From Okamejei kenojei (lineage: Eukaryota): 64,000 bases of DNA. The notes under the pieces were generated by a model. That model was given only the letters and a program-made list of their open reading frames with translations, was not told the DNA's origin and made no database searches. Made by a program: the position numbers and the translations under genes. Position 1 is the stretch's first letter; each line of letters opens with the position of its first letter. Shown here piece after piece: positions 1 to 13,762 of the stretch. The DNA is taken from positions 20,770,001 to 20,834,000 of the forward strand of contig CM069143.1 of assembly GCA_035221665.1 (NCBI GenBank), given 5' to 3'.

Positions 1-401
1 GCTTCTTCTTACCAACTAAGTTGGATTCAAAGGCTACTATTTTGAAAGGCAAATAGCGGTTCTGTATTATCACAGTTTTACTGCAATTCGCAGTTCCTTT
101 AAAATAGATGACCAGGCTGCAGATGAGCACAGGGCTGCAGCTGGATTTCTCTCTAAAAAGAGTAGCCATGGAAACCAAGTTGTAGTTTTTTAATCTGTGA
201 ACAAATTAAGCTTGGTTCACATAAATAATCATAATCAAACTGCAATCAAATATTTTTTGTTCTCAATAAAGCAAAATTAAAGAGCATTGGTGGGTGGGTG
301 AGGTTTTGATACACCCCATCCTGGTGTGAGTATACATAGAACTACACTTGCAAATTCTGTCCCTCCCTATCTGGAAATCCCATGCCATTCAATCCAATAG
401 A

Positions 402-750
402 GTGGCACAGTGACATAGCAAGTAGAACTACTGCCTCACAGCACCAGCAAGCTGCATTCAATTCTGACCTCTGGTGCTCTCTGTGTGGAATTAGCATGCT
501 CTCTGTGTGATGATATTGGTTTCTTCAAGATGCTCCAATTTCCTTCATAACCCATAGAGATGTGGGTTACTAGAGAAAATTGGCCATTGTAATTTGCCCA
601 TGGTTTGTTACTGAGTAATTGAAACAGAAGGGTAGGGGAGTTGATGGGAATGTGGGGCAAATAAAGTGGGACTAGTGTGGTAACCATGTAAATAGGTGTG
701 TGATAATATCACAGATTTGTCAGGCAGAAAGGCATGTTTTCATGCTGTTC
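402..750 (+). mobile_element. Degraded tRNA-derived V-SINE (HE1-like)
   Basis: Has a tRNA-like head (GTGGCACAGTG...CTGCCTCACAGC), a V-core-like stretch (TGTGTGGAATTAGCATGCTCTCTGTG) and a CR1-like tail. Similar to copies near 22610, 13973 and 63590. Confidence 0.7.
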
Positions 751-814
751 TTTGACTTCTACACTTTCAAATTCTAAGATAAAATTGACTTAAGGAGAAT
801 GTTGCCCAAAAACC

Positions 815-1080
815 AAAAAGCAAACTGCTGCAATAACCCAACAGATCAAGAAGCATCAGCAAAGGGAAAGGGATAATTGATGTTTCAGGTCAGGAACCTG
901 CATCAGCACTTGAGTGTGCAGAGAGAAGATAGTAAGTATAAAGCGGTGAGTGGGAAATGTGAGGCATAGGCTGTCAGGTGATAGATGGAAACAAGTAAGG
1001 GGAAAAAAAGGCAGATGGAGCGAGGTGAAGAAGGGGAGGGGAAAGGTAGAGACAAGAGGCTGGTAGGTGATTGTCTCCAT
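815..1080 (-). mobile_element. Degraded Penelope-like terminal-repeat fragment
   Basis: The reverse complement resembles the short unit found at 6200 and 60381, next to a purine-rich tract like the one at 36900-37260. Confidence 0.5.
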
Positions 1081-2744
1081 AACAATGTGGTTATTTTTTG
1101 GCTGAACTCACCATTCTCCAACACCTTTTGATCAAAATTTAAATGTTGCCACAGTAATAGGGAGCTATTTAATACTGCTATAAAAAACTTTGATTTATCT
1201 GTGAATCAAATTAAAAAATAACAGATTTTCAGTAGCCAGTTGTAACAAAAAGGATTTTTAAAAGACACAAATTATTGAATTGGTCTCAGGGGGCTCTGTT
1301 ACTGCACACAAAAATCTACATTAACAAAAAACATGTTTTGTCTGCAGATGAACTTAAATGTTCTAAATACCTTTATTGCATTACACTGTCGAATGTGGCA
1401 GCTAATTTACTTCCTGCGCCACCTATGACTCAGATTAATTTACTTTTTAATATGATTCTTCTAGTAGAGTACTGATGCAACTCGATTTTGTGTGATGATT
1501 TTCTTCTTCATAAAATGCAATTATTGAGTTAATATGCTTCAATTTCAATATCTTAAGGATTAACCTCACTGATGCATCTGAATCAGTTTCTGACACATAA
1601 GGAGCGCCAGGAGGCCATTCGCTCCACATCCCTGTGTTGGCTCACTGAAAAAAAAATATTCAATCCTTTCCATTTAGTCCTGAAAATAAATCTATTTCAA
1701 GCATTTATCCAATTTTCCTTTGACAATGAATGTCAACACCAATTTTTTCACTTTTTCAGACTGAACCTAAGAACCAGCTGCAAAAATATAATTTTGCCTC
1801 TTCACCATCTCAATCAATATCTTTGGGTTACAGATTCCTCTGCCAGCAGAAACAGTTTCTCTCTCCAATGATCAAAATGCAGCTTTAATCTGTCCTTCGA
1901 TGTGACTCTGACTGCTGTTTTCAGCTGCTAAAGAGGAAATCAATTGGGAAATATGGCCAAATGTTCTTTTACAGTGCAATGTCATCGCCATAGTCAATAG
2001 GCTATGTTAAGTATCCTTATGTTATTCAGGGGAATAAATGTGACGTTATTTTCATAGGAAAATTCTTGTTCAAAAAAGAATACAGGTCCATAATCGCAGT
2101 CTCAAGAGGGTGACCCAGCTTTAAATTATTCGAGATTATCACAAGCCCTCATTACACCACTAGCCACATTAGCTAACCATCTGCATATCTGATGAGGGCA
2201 CAAATAATTTCTGAAATATTTATGCAGACTGTAGTTTTTCCTTCCAGTATTATAGAAACTAAATGCATGCTGCCAAGTGGTTATCACTGAAGTTACAATT
2301 AAAAAAAACGCAGGGTCCTGGAATCAAAACCCAGGCTGATACTTCAAATATAAGCATTGAATGCTGTACAATTGAAGTGGCTTCGTCAAGATTTAAATAT
2401 TAAATGAAGTCTTCTCAATTTTTGGGAGTATTAAGCATGGTTAATAAGGAACCTTACGAGGGATGGTTAAGAAAGGAAACTGGAATAGGAAAAAATGAGG
2501 CGCACAGTACTTGAAGGAGATTGTGAAAGCTGATGGGATGTTCTTGGAAAAATTGAGTTTTCGGGTTTATAAATATGTAGAGGCAGCATGTTTAGAGGTT
2601 GCATGCAGACAACGGTTAGAAAAGGTTACCAGCCATGTCAAAGTCTGAAAGAAAATGGTAGGCTGGTGATTGTTACCAAATTCTTATAATATCAAACCCA
2701 ATACTTGCAGTTGGCATCATTCTATAGATTTTACAGTAGCAATT

Positions 2745-5690
2745 TTACTTCGGAGTCACATTAGTGATTCCGTGAAGAAGCCCACGAGTTCGCATGCGCG
2801 TCATTACGTCTGATACATGGCGCAACATGGCTGGCAGGCATGTAGCTCCACCAGCGGTAAGTTTTAAAAATCCTCAGGTAAGTGTTTAAAAACTTAGTTG
2901 ATGGTCAATTTCTGCAGTCGGTAAGTCTTGTTGCAGGGGCAAGTTCAAACCATGGAGAAAATGACTAAGGGAAGGTCGAGGCAGGCCGCCGGGAGAGCAA
3001 CTATGGAAGACCGCGGGAGTCGGGTGGCCGTCTATCTCGCCTTCAGAGTCACTGGCGGCACGGTCAGTGGCTTCCGACTTGGTGCCGATTGAAAGCACCG
3101 TGGCTACTCCGGTGGGACGGAAGGCCACTAAGAAGTCGGTAAGGCCCGTTGACTCGGACAAGTCAGGCCAGGAGGATTCCCCTCCCACAATGGATAGCGT
3201 CTTCGGACGTTTATCCAGGATGAAGCTCCTGATGGAGAGGATGCTCCATCACGATATGCTCCAGCAAATGGTTCGTTGAAGCCCGTTCAAGCCAAGGACC
3301 AAGCCGGCCCTTGCCAAACATGCGCAATTGGCGCACTCCAACATTCTTCCCCGCTAAAACACGGGGGCAGAAATTTCCACCGGCAACCATGGAGGTAGGT
3401 GGATCGGGTTCTTTTCAGAACATATCATGTATGGATCAGTTACAAGTTGGTGGGAGATTACACTTGTTTTTCAATGAATGGTGTTGGATAACATCAAATT
3501 CGTTTATACTGCACAGTATACAAGGGTTCCGAATAGAATTCCTTTTCAATTTGCGTCCACCTACACAGCATACACCAAGCCGGACATTGGGTTTTTCACA
3601 ACAAGAGTCTTTGGATGTAGAAACTGAAATTGAAACTTTGTCTAAAAAAGGGGTAATTGAGAAGTCATTTCATCAATCTCACCAATTTGCGTCTAATATT
3701 TCCCAGACAAAAGAAGGATGGTGGGTGTCGAATCATTCTTGTTCTAACTTGACTTAACTCCTATGTGCATTATAAACATTTCAAAATGGAAACTGCTAAA
3801 CAACTGGTTTCCAAACGATGTTATATGGCATACTATTCAGTACCCATTCATTACATTCACAAGAGATATTTGAAGTTTAGCTGGATGAGGCAACTATGGC
3901 AGTTTAAAGCATTGTCTAATGGGTTAACCGGCTCCTAGATTATTTACAAAATTGTTAAAACCGGTATTGGGCCTACTCCGGGCTCAGAATCATATTGTAA
4001 TGGACTATTTGGATGATGTCCCAATCATAGGCAAGACTCAGAAATCAGCTGAATTATCTGTTTCAGCTACCAAACTCAGAGGTTGGGGTTTCTCATTCAT
4101 CCAGTTAAATCCAAATTGATACCATCTGGAGTTATTGATTATTTGGGATTCACCATTAATTCATCTCACATGTCTGTCATTCTGCCTAGGGGTAAGAGAG
4201 CAGAGTTAACAGAAGCTTGCAACAATCTCGTTGATGAGCAACAACCATCTATTCGGCAGGTGGCTAGTATAATTGACAAATTAGTGGCTGCTTTTCCAGC
4301 TGCACAGTTTGGGCCTTTACATTATCAAAATTGACAACGTGGAAAGGAGCAGGCACTCGAAAGACATGCAGGTCACTTCAATAGACCCATGCGAATACCA
4401 ACTGAAGCCATTACTGAGTTACAGTGGTGGATAGTGAATATTTGGCATTGCTCCAGTAAAATTCTGGTTGATAAATCTTCAGTTATTTCACAAACTGATG
4501 TTAGTGCTCTAGGATGGGGAGCTACTGATACCATCTCTAGCTGCGGTGGCAGATGGAATATGCCTGAGGCATTAATTCTTCAATCACATGGTATTAACTA
4601 TTTAGAGTTGTTGGGAGCACTCTATGGCTTAAAGGCAAATTAACTTGCATGTTCGGCTTCAGATTGACAACACTACAGCAGTGGCATACGTTCATTGATC
4701 ATGTGATAAATCACACGGGTGGAATCAAGTCAGTATCATGTGATAAATTGGCTAACCTTATTTGGCACTACTGTATTACAAGAAACATCTGGATTTCAGC
4801 TATCTACTTACCAGGTAGATTTAACATGGTGGCGGACACCAGGTCATAAAAATTCAATGACAACAAAGAATGGGTGTTGAATCATGAAATATTTAATGAT
4901 ATTGTTGCTCGGTATGGCGTACCAGATATTGATTTTCATCCAGACTGAATCACCAGCTACCAAAGTATTTTTCATGAGAACCTGACCAGGGGGCAGTAGC
5001 GGTAGATGCATTCTCACTACACTGGGGTGGAATTTCCCCCATTATGCCTCATCAGTCGGTGCTTGCTTAAGATCGAGCAGGACTCCGCTTCAAGCGTTTT
5101 GGTAGTTCCCGACTGGCCTACACAGCCATGTTTCCCCACTCGTTCTCAGACTAATAACACAGCCTTTTATGGCTGTCCCCAAATACAGTAACCTGCTGGT
5201 TCACTGGGGAGAACCATCCACTACATGACCGTATTAATCTATTGTTTTGCAAATTCTGAGGAGACCGTTTCTGGGGCTCAGACTATCAGGTCGTACGGTG
5301 GATGTGATTACTGCGGCCTGGAGGGATAGTACTAAAAAACAATACATCTCTCATATCAAGAAATGGGAGGTGTTCTGCTTGCAGTCGAACATATCATATC
5401 ACACGGCAAGCATACCGGATGTGTTGGAATTTCTTTCCACACTATATTTTGATGAGCAACTGAGCTATAGTGCCATCAACAGTGCCAGGAGTGCCTTATC
5501 ATCCTACCTGTGACAGGAATCGAACAACACTCTGTTGGGTCTCACCCTTTAATATCCCGGTTCATGAAGGGCATTTTTAACTGTAATCCCCCCAGGCCCA
5601 GGTACACGGAGATTTGGGATGAGAGCGTGGTTCTCACGCTGCTTTGCCAATGGGCTCCAGCTACATCCCTGTCTCCAGCTACACCGAGTT
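2745..5690 (+). mobile_element. Degenerate DIRS1-type tyrosine-recombinase retrotransposon (partial gag, RT, RNase H, methyltransferase-like region, YR N-terminus), 3'-truncated
   Basis: Domains occur in DIRS order: VGGRL..GFRIEF (3311 ORF); YLDD near 4005-4017; KSKLIP..YLGFTI (4083 ORF); RNase H motifs TDVSALGWGA, INYLELLG and YLPGRFNMVAD; VVPDWPTQP; recombinase N-terminus RDSTKKQY..SAINSARSAL..HPLISRFMKG. Many stops and frameshifts. There is a small hairpin at the left end. Confidence 0.9.
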
Positions 5691-5739
5691 AGGTAACCTG
5701 AGTTAGGGGGAAACTCTTCCCGGTCTGGAATCATTCCCA

Positions 5740-6430
5740 ACACAGAAGATGATGGTTGTTGGAGGCTAATGATCTTAGCCCCAAGATATCACTGCAGGAC
5801 TTTTGTGGGAGAGTGTCTTACCTCCCAGTCATCTTTAGTTGGTTTATTTTCCCTCCAACATGTTAGGCATTAATGCTTGCACTTAACTGAACCATGTTGT
5901 GAAAATTACAAGTGCTCAGATAATGAAGCGTGCAACAAAATCTGGACATATTTATTGTCACCGTTGACCAGGAACATAAATGGGCAAGCTGTGTAAATAT
6001 TGTAACTACAATTCAGAAGTTGGATATTCTGAGGTGTATGACTCAATTCATGACTCATGAATTCATGAATCCACCATCATCTACGAGGCAGAAATCAGAA
6101 CTGTGATAGAATTCTCCCCACTCACCAAAATGAGTGAACTGCTCCACTATCCAGATCTATTTGGACCCCTGGCTCTCATCAATCCACTAATGTAAACTTG
6201 GTCTGAAGAAGGGTATCGACTCGAAACATTACCCATTCCTTCTCTCCGGAGATGCTGTCTGTCCCGCTGAGTTACTCCAGCATTTTGTGTCTATTTTCAA
6301 TGTAAACTTCCACTCTGTTCAGCAGTCCATCATTTACAAGTGTTTACAACTAAAGAAGAAACTCATCACAGTTTCTCAAGGACAGTTAAAGATGGGAAAT
6401 AAGTGATGGTTAATATCCCACCCATAAATT
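5740..6430 (+). mobile_element. Highly degraded CR1-clade LINE fragment
   Basis: Remnant RT-like words (QDITAG-like near 5785, IYxAxxRxVxExSP-like near 6075). Interrupted by the unit at 6200. Confidence 0.4.
6200..6298 (+). mobile_element. Short Penelope-derived unit with hammerhead-like core
   Basis: GGT-CTGAAGA-A-GGGT(ATCG)ACTC-GAAAC-ATT-ACC. Flanked by the direct repeat AATGTAAACTT (6189-6199 and 6299-6309). Confidence 0.75.
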
Positions 6431-6894
6431 AAAAAATCACAAATGTATTAATTGTACCTACACTTTGAAGTCTGTTTGCAATGCAGAAGCAGATGGATAA
6501 AACACGACATTTGGCGATGTTGACCAAACTCTGACAGCAATAACAATTCCGACATTTCATTATTTCTGAAATAGCCTGCACAGCAAAGGCACTAGCCACT
6601 GGCAACAATAATGTGCAGCAATCACTTTATATCATCAAAATGACAGCCTTTCTTTACAAGGCTGAAGAAAACATTTATTCTTTGAAACCCAACATTAATA
6701 AAACTCTGAATTGATCTCTGGTTTGTACTGAACTTGCCATTCCAGAGCGGTTCAGGAACGCTACAATCTATCCATAGCCCTTAATGTTAGGATGAGAAAA
6801 TGTGGCCACAGTTCCTAATCCTGACTGCAATCCAGTGATCCCTACTGTAAGTGTATAAGACTAAACAAAACTGGGAAGAGGATTAAACATCTTT

Positions 6895-8005
6895 CTGAAA
6901 TAAAAACAGAGAATGCTTCAATATTCAATAAGTTAGGAAAGAGAAACTGTGCCTTAGGTCTGAGACCCTCAAACAGAATTGGGAAAGGGAGAAATAAATT
7001 GGTTTAGGTATTAGAAAAGCTGGGGAGGGACCTCAAGGAAAACATAGGAAAAGGATTTGCAGGAAAAATACATGTAGAAAGAAAGATTAGTTATCTAAAG
7101 TCGGAGAAATTAATATTACGTCCTACAGGCTGCAACGGCCCAGAAGGAAAATAAGCTGTTATTACATTAGTCTGCACTGCAATAGTGCAGGAAGACATAG
7201 ACATAGAGGTTAGGATAGGAAGGCAAATTAAAGTGGCAACAACAGGCAGCTCAGGGTCACTCCTGTGGACTGAAGGCAAGTGCTCTATGAAGCTATCTCC
7301 CAATCTATTGTCTGAGTCTATGTATCCATGATACAAGATGCAGGAATTCATTGTACCTCTGCCTGGATTGCTAAATGGTCCACTCATAAGCTAAAGGTGT
7401 AGTTCAGATCTGCGGCCCTTGCATTTCTGTTTTATCTGCACTTTTTCTGTAAATCCAACACTATATTCTGCACTCAGTTTTTTTTTCCTTTTTCTACTAC
7501 TTACGTAATGGCTTAATTGTACTCATGTCTTGTATGATCTGACTGGATACCATGCAAACAGATTTTTTCACGGTCTCACAGTACACATGACAATAATAAA
7601 CTAATACCTCACTGTATTTGGGCATATAACAATAAACTCATTTGACTTGATCTGCATTTGGTTTCTCCAATGTAAAGGACTCATTGTGAACTCTGAATGG
7701 ATTGGTGAACATCTGAGAAAGCACATATTTTCCCAGCGAACAAAGAGCCATTATGGACTCCGCCTTTCATGAGGTCATCTGTTGCCGGTGGTTTTGTTCT
7801 GGCCCTTTATTCTCCTCCAGTTCACTTCAACACCCTACCTCAATCTTTCAGCCTAAGGAAGGGTTCTGACCCGAAATGTTACCCATTCCTTTTCTCAGGA
7901 GATGCTGCCTGACCTGCTGAGTTACTGCAGTATTTTATGTCTATCACCAAATTGGAAGAAGTGCAAGTGAATATCAGGTTTGCCTGGAAAGGCAGTTTGA
8001 TTTCC
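6895..8005 (-). mobile_element. Penelope-like element 3' part (GIY-YIG endonuclease remnant) with nested insertions
   Basis: Minus-strand remnants TCTSSNLV (near 7945-7970), YIGETK (near 7655-7675) and RLGDSFIEHLPSV..LPVVA (7091 ORF), split by later insertions. Confidence 0.7.
7730..7945 (+). mobile_element. Penelope terminal-repeat unit with mutated hammerhead-like core
   Basis: AAGGGTTCTGACCCGAAATGTTACCCATTCC...GAGATGCTGCCTGACCTGCTGAGTTACT, same family as the 6200 copy. Confidence 0.7.
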
Positions 8006-11000
8006 AAGAGGACAAAGAGAGTTGAAAAGAGGAGAAAGAAACACCAGTCAGGTAATTGGAAAGAAACTGGTATTTCTGAATAATATTCAAAATCTGTTCA
8101 TTTACGTAAGATAGAATGCAAACCTTGACATCCAACTAGCTAAAATTAGCTCAGCTACTTTGGGACACCACAGCAAAATAATTATTAAAATTATAAAGAA
8201 TGCCGGTAATTTGCTCAAAGATCCATTTGTCATGGTACAAATACTTAAAATAAATTTGTCGATGATACTAATAAAATAGCTGGGAAAGGAATTTATTATG
8301 GATGCATTTTAAAATTTGAATGGTTTAAATAATATCTTCCAATATTTTAACTTCCTCTCCCTTGCCAGGCCATGTGATTTAATCTTCTCCTGTGAGGGAA
8401 TCCGAAACAATTTAAGGAAATGCAGTCCAGTATCTAGCATTCATTTCAAACTTGCTTTTCGAGTGAAAATGTTATCAAGCAGATTGGCATGTTTTGTTTA
8501 AGCATGCCTCCAGTTAATGAATTTTCCATTATTTCATACCCCACACAAATGGGAGACTTTGAAAGAGTAGGATTTTTAATGTAATTAAACCTGCCTTGCT
8601 CTATGAAAGAATTTAGGCAGTTGGCATTTTTTTTGTCAATTCTGCATTTCATCAGCACAGTGTGTCGTATTTTTAAATAGTCAAGACTGTCCTGTAACTA
8701 AAAGGTTAAAGTCAAGGGATGTGATTTCCACTGCTTTGTAATCTTTTCATATCAAAATATCCAGCCTAAAAACTCATAAATCCAAAATCAAATCCGAAGT
8801 CTGAAACAGAATTAGATTACTGGAAGAAGCACTGGATTGGAATTCAGAAATTAAAATATGATTGAAACAACAGATTGAAATATATACCAAAGAGGAAGTT
8901 AACACAACATGAGAAAAACCAAGATTTATGATAATAAAATCTGTGACACGTTAGAATACAAAACCTTTATGAAACATGCTACCCGAAATTGACTTTGACA
9001 CGATAAAATTAACAAGAGCATTTGAGTAGGTAAGTATTGTATTACTATTTTTATTCATTCATTTTGACGACCAAAATGTATGATTTAATAATGATTCAAA
9101 TAATAATACTTTCTATCTCATATCAGCACAAAGCTGCTTTGATCAAGTATGATGCAAATCAGCAGCTCTTAGCTTTGCCCCGACAATGTAACCAGCTCCG
9201 GCCTAAATCATTTGAGAAATCCCCACTGCATATTTCTTATGTTCTAAGGTAGCAGGTGATGTTCAGTTGATGACATACAAGATTCTTACATTATTTTCCA
9301 TCATATGATCTCTGAATCTAGAGAGGCTGACCATCAAGATCTCAACTCTTACAACTTCATGCAAGGGTCAGGCTGCCACATACTACACTCCGCATCTGCC
9401 TAGTTTTCTCCATTATTTTCTTCTAACTCATTGACAGTTCAGTTATGTGAGAAAGCTCATACAGTAACTATTCTTTACCTATAAACTTTGAGTGAGTGTT
9501 AAAGCCTATGGGATGTAATGGTGAGGGGTGGAGGGGTAGGTGCATCACAGTTGAACTTGCCCTGGGCATATACATATTTCAGCAGAGGTTACAGTGGCAG
9601 GCTTGTTAAGCTATTCTACTGAGTCGTGCTGCAACATTTATCTGTAAGCGGTGATCCACCTATTTGCACTTACACACCCCCAGCATGCCTACAATTACCA
9701 GAATGAGTACAATCTTCCTTGAAACACTGAAAGAATTTGACACATAGTACACCAATGTGTTACCTTCGTACCTCAGTAATTACTAGGGCTGAGAATATTT
9801 GTACAACACATCGCTTCCAATCTGATCCTTATCACAGTTATGGAATATGTTGTTCACTGCAAGCTTCTTGCCTTAATGATGGAATTTCCAAAACATCAGC
9901 GACATCCTGACCTTTTAACAGCAATCTATCCTGTACCCTATATATCTGTATCACTAATTATTGCTGCAGTTATTCACTACTGAGTATTCCATCTTGTAAT
10001 AAACATTATGATTTTTTATTACCTTACTTGGACTGTGCAGTCATTATCAGCTAGCTAAAAACATTGGCAGTGCAACTCAATACCACCAGTACGGCTATTT
10101 TTTTGGTTTGGCACTGATAGTAAGGTTATCGATAGCAATTACCTTGAACCATTAGTTATTAGAATTATCAGCCTTCCAGCACATTTCTGATTACATTTAT
10201 ATTCAGTGATACAAACAATCTACAAGAAATATCACTGGAGCATTTAAATAACTTTTTTTTTTTCATTTGTTTTCAATACATGTGTGTTGGTTCTAAAATA
10301 GTGGAAGTGAGGGAAAAACAATCATCTGGTTAGTGCCACAGGAATGTTGAATGCTGGAAATTGTGCAACAAAGTCTCTAGGAATTGGCAAGCAGGCCAGC
10401 AGTGCATCATTAGAGAACAGCTCAGTGGAAAAATAGCTCAAATGTCTTAACACAGAGGAGAAAGTAGATAACGGCTGAAGTAGAACCACTTGAAATTCAG
10501 GAAACCGCGAAACAACGGTTGATCAGCCAACCTTTTAGAAAGCTCTTGAAACACTGCACACAGTTGTACCCTGGAGGGAAGAGATGATGATTTCCAAAAG
10601 TCAGGGGAATAGTAAGTCAACCCTATCTATGATGGGAGTGAAACCAGCAGCAGGCAAATAATGCTGAAGTTAAAGCAGAAACAGCGTGCAATTGGAGGGT
10701 ATTTGGTAGATAAAGGCAAGATCACGGGAGGATGTCACTTTGGAATCAACTTTCAGGTGATTTGAGATATAAGTGTTCTATTTATACTGACTGTTGGAAA
10801 GAGCTATCAACCTCTTTGAAGCATTAACATCCCAATTAACAATGGCTGGCCAGCAAACAGTCATCCGTGCTTGTGACCACGCAAAGCCCAGTCTTTCTCC
10901 AAAAGTTCAACAGAGATGCAAGTGATTCAACTGAACTCTCAATCTTTGATTGGATTACTGTTTAAAATGTAGTTGTTACTACTCCATTTGGCACAATATA

Positions 11001-12170
11001 ATCAGCAAATTAAATTTCTCATTGAGGATATTACTGCCGAAGGCTAAATGATTTTCACTTAGATTGTAATAGTGAAATTACTGCAATTTGGGGAAAGTAC
11101 AGTCTGCTAAGCAATGAAGCACGCCTAGTTACTCAGTGTATACCATGTTTTATTGTGCTCTGTCACTGACGGAGACATAGTCAAATGGAAACTTTGTGGA
11201 ATGACCACACAACTCTTGGGTTCTTTGTTCCTGGTAAAACTCAAATGAATGGAAAGTTGTCTTGAGAGACATTATCATTTTTGCACTCACTGTTCTTGCT
11301 GCAATTAAAGACAACACTCAGACTATGGACAAAAGGAAACTTGCCAGCAGCTTTACCTCCTTGTCACAAATGTGTTGCCTTCACCGCAGGGAAAATTGTA
11401 CCCTGCTGAGGGAACCAATAAGCCTACAAGCCTCCTTTTAACCACTACTTTTCTTTCTGCTCTACTATTGTATTTGCTGGCTTTAGCTGTTTACTGCAAA
11501 TTCTGCATTGCAAATCTCTTAGTTATTCATTTTGGGGAAGCAGTGGGGTAGGGGTTGGGTGCTGGAGGTGTGTGTTTGGGTGAGACAATGGGTAGGCGGT
11601 TATATTTTCTGAATGCACTTGTGCACAAGTATTAATGCTTATAGCTGACATAACCTAGAGAATGCATTGGCCAATGCAGCAAATAACGCCAAAACCTGAC
11701 GACTGATGCATATAGTATAGGGTCCTTAATGGGCATTGTACTTATGTATGGCACAATATTATTGAACTGTATCCAAAAAAAGAATCTCACTGTACCTTGG
11801 TACATGTGAAGAACCATTGAACCAATGTTCAGCACACTGTGGATAGATGAGACACATTGATAGCCTCCCATCAAGAAAACATGAGAGTCTTGAGCGTACA
11901 TTGACAAGTGTGAAATAAAATATGATTTTAGATTTAACCTATGCAATTCTATTAACGGTTTTTGTATTAGTCTTTTTTTTTTTTCCAGTATTTTGGAATT
12001 AATTCTCAGAGGCTTTATAACCTTTTTGGATGTGTATTATGAGATTTGAGCAAAGGCTTTCACTTAAGCTATTAAAACCTTGTATAACTGAATCATTTAT
12101 GCCACATAAAGGGCACTTTTCCAATGCTTAAAACTGTCAATTTCCATGTCAGATTGTCACAGATTCAAAT

Positions 12171-12442
12171 CATGGACACAGAGAGAAACTGCACAGTAAC
12201 AGGCCCTTCGGCCCACAGAGTCTATACTGGCAACCATCCATTTACACTAATCCTACATTAGTCCCAATTTTAACACCCTAAAATCTCATCACCTCCCACT
12301 AAATTCTCCTACACATTAGGACAATTAACCTACCAGCCTGCCCCTCTTTGAGATGCGGGAGGAGACTGGAATACCTAAAGGAAACCCATGCAGTCAATGG
12401 TAGCGTAAAGCAATAGCTGTACCAGCTGCGCCACTGTGCCGC
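12171..12442 (-). mobile_element. V-SINE (HE1-like)
   Basis: Ends in GCTGCGCCACTGTGCCGC (reverse complement of a tRNA-like head). Carries the tail ACAGGCCCTTCGGCCCAC. Confidence 0.75.
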
Positions 12443-12757
12443 GTCAAATTACACACTAGTTACTCCAGCGAACTGCTGCTCCTGTAATCGCCAGGATTTA
12501 AAGCAGGGTATGGAAATCCCACATGATTGAGATAATTTGCTTGATGGTGGGAAAACGTATTATGTGTGTTACTTAACAAAACAATAGTAAATATAAAACT
12601 TAGAGCCAAGTGATTCTGGTGTACCTACTGGGAGGCACTGTAGAGCAACGCTAATGTTCAAGTTGGCCTTAGAAGGCCTGCTGCAAATTTCAGTTGGGAC
12701 CATGGCCTGGTAGCACATATGTTCATGCGGTCACCAGTCAAGACCATGTTCAAGGAT

Positions 12758-13066
12758 CAAAGCACAAATGCTGGAGCAATTCAGTGGGTCAGGTTGAGTG
12801 TCAGGGTCAGGAAGAATGGCCCAACCTGAAATGTCACTTATCCGTTTCCTCTGCAGATGCTGCCTGACCTACTGAGTTAGCCAGCATCTTGCGTTTTACA
12901 ATTGGAACTAATGTAGGATTAGTGTAAATGGGTGGTTGGCAGTTGGCATGGACTCTGTGGGCTCTAGAGCCTGTTACTGTGCTGTTTCTCTCTGTGTCCA
13001 TGACTTGACCCTGTGACAATCTGATATGGAAATGTCAAGATTCCAGCATCAGCAATTCCTTGTACT
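12758..13066. mobile_element. Head-to-head Penelope-derived unit containing an inverted copy of nearby DNA
   Basis: Perfect 14 bp flanking direct repeat CCATGTTCAAGGAT (12744-12757 and 13067-13080). Internal 12900-13033 is an inverted copy of 12140-12269. Confidence 0.75.
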
Positions 13067-13563
13067 CCATGTTCAAGGATGTAGGGCGGAAAGGTCCAAT
13101 GGAGATGTTCTCTGATCAAGTTGGTGGCAGGTGATGCATACAGCCTGGAAATGTTAATGCCTTGGATTAGTAGTCAGGGTTAATCTGAACCTTACAGGGA
13201 TTCCAGCAATCCATTGCTGTGGTCTCAAGACCCTGGTATCCTGCGATTACCAACGGGATATCAATAACATTCCAAGATCTCACAAACTGCTCCTTAAGGA
13301 GCCCTTAAGGTGACAGGCACAGAACTCATATCAAGGGATCCACGCACTCATGCCAGGAAGGGCCTGATCAAATTTTTCAAATGGCTCAAAACAACCGAGA
13401 TGTGGTTGCTATTGTGTTTCACTCCAGAAAATTAATCAATTTGCAATAGGAAGATGTCAAAAGAAAATGTGAAAGTTTTGTATTTAAAAGAATAGATCTT
13501 TATTTTGCACAAATATGCAAAGAGAAATGTTAGATTTACAATTAATTTGTACTATGATTTGTA

Positions 13564-13762
13564 CAGATGCTCCCCGATTTACGTTGCTTCGACTTGCGAT
13601 ATTTCGACTTTACGATTGGCAAATGCTCGGCATTGGCAGTGAACTGAACGTCACTTCCGGTCACGTGTTTGCAATGTATTTAATGCGTTTTAGACTTGCG
13701 ATATTTTCGATTTACGATGGGTTTATCGGAATGTAACTCCATCGTAGGTCGAGAAGCAGCTG
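13564..13762. mobile_element. Tc1/mariner (pogo/Tigger-type) MITE
   Basis: TA on both sides. Terminal inverted repeats CAGATGCTCCCCGATTTACG and CGTAGGTCGAGAAGCAGCTG. CpG-rich internal subrepeats. Confidence 0.85.
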
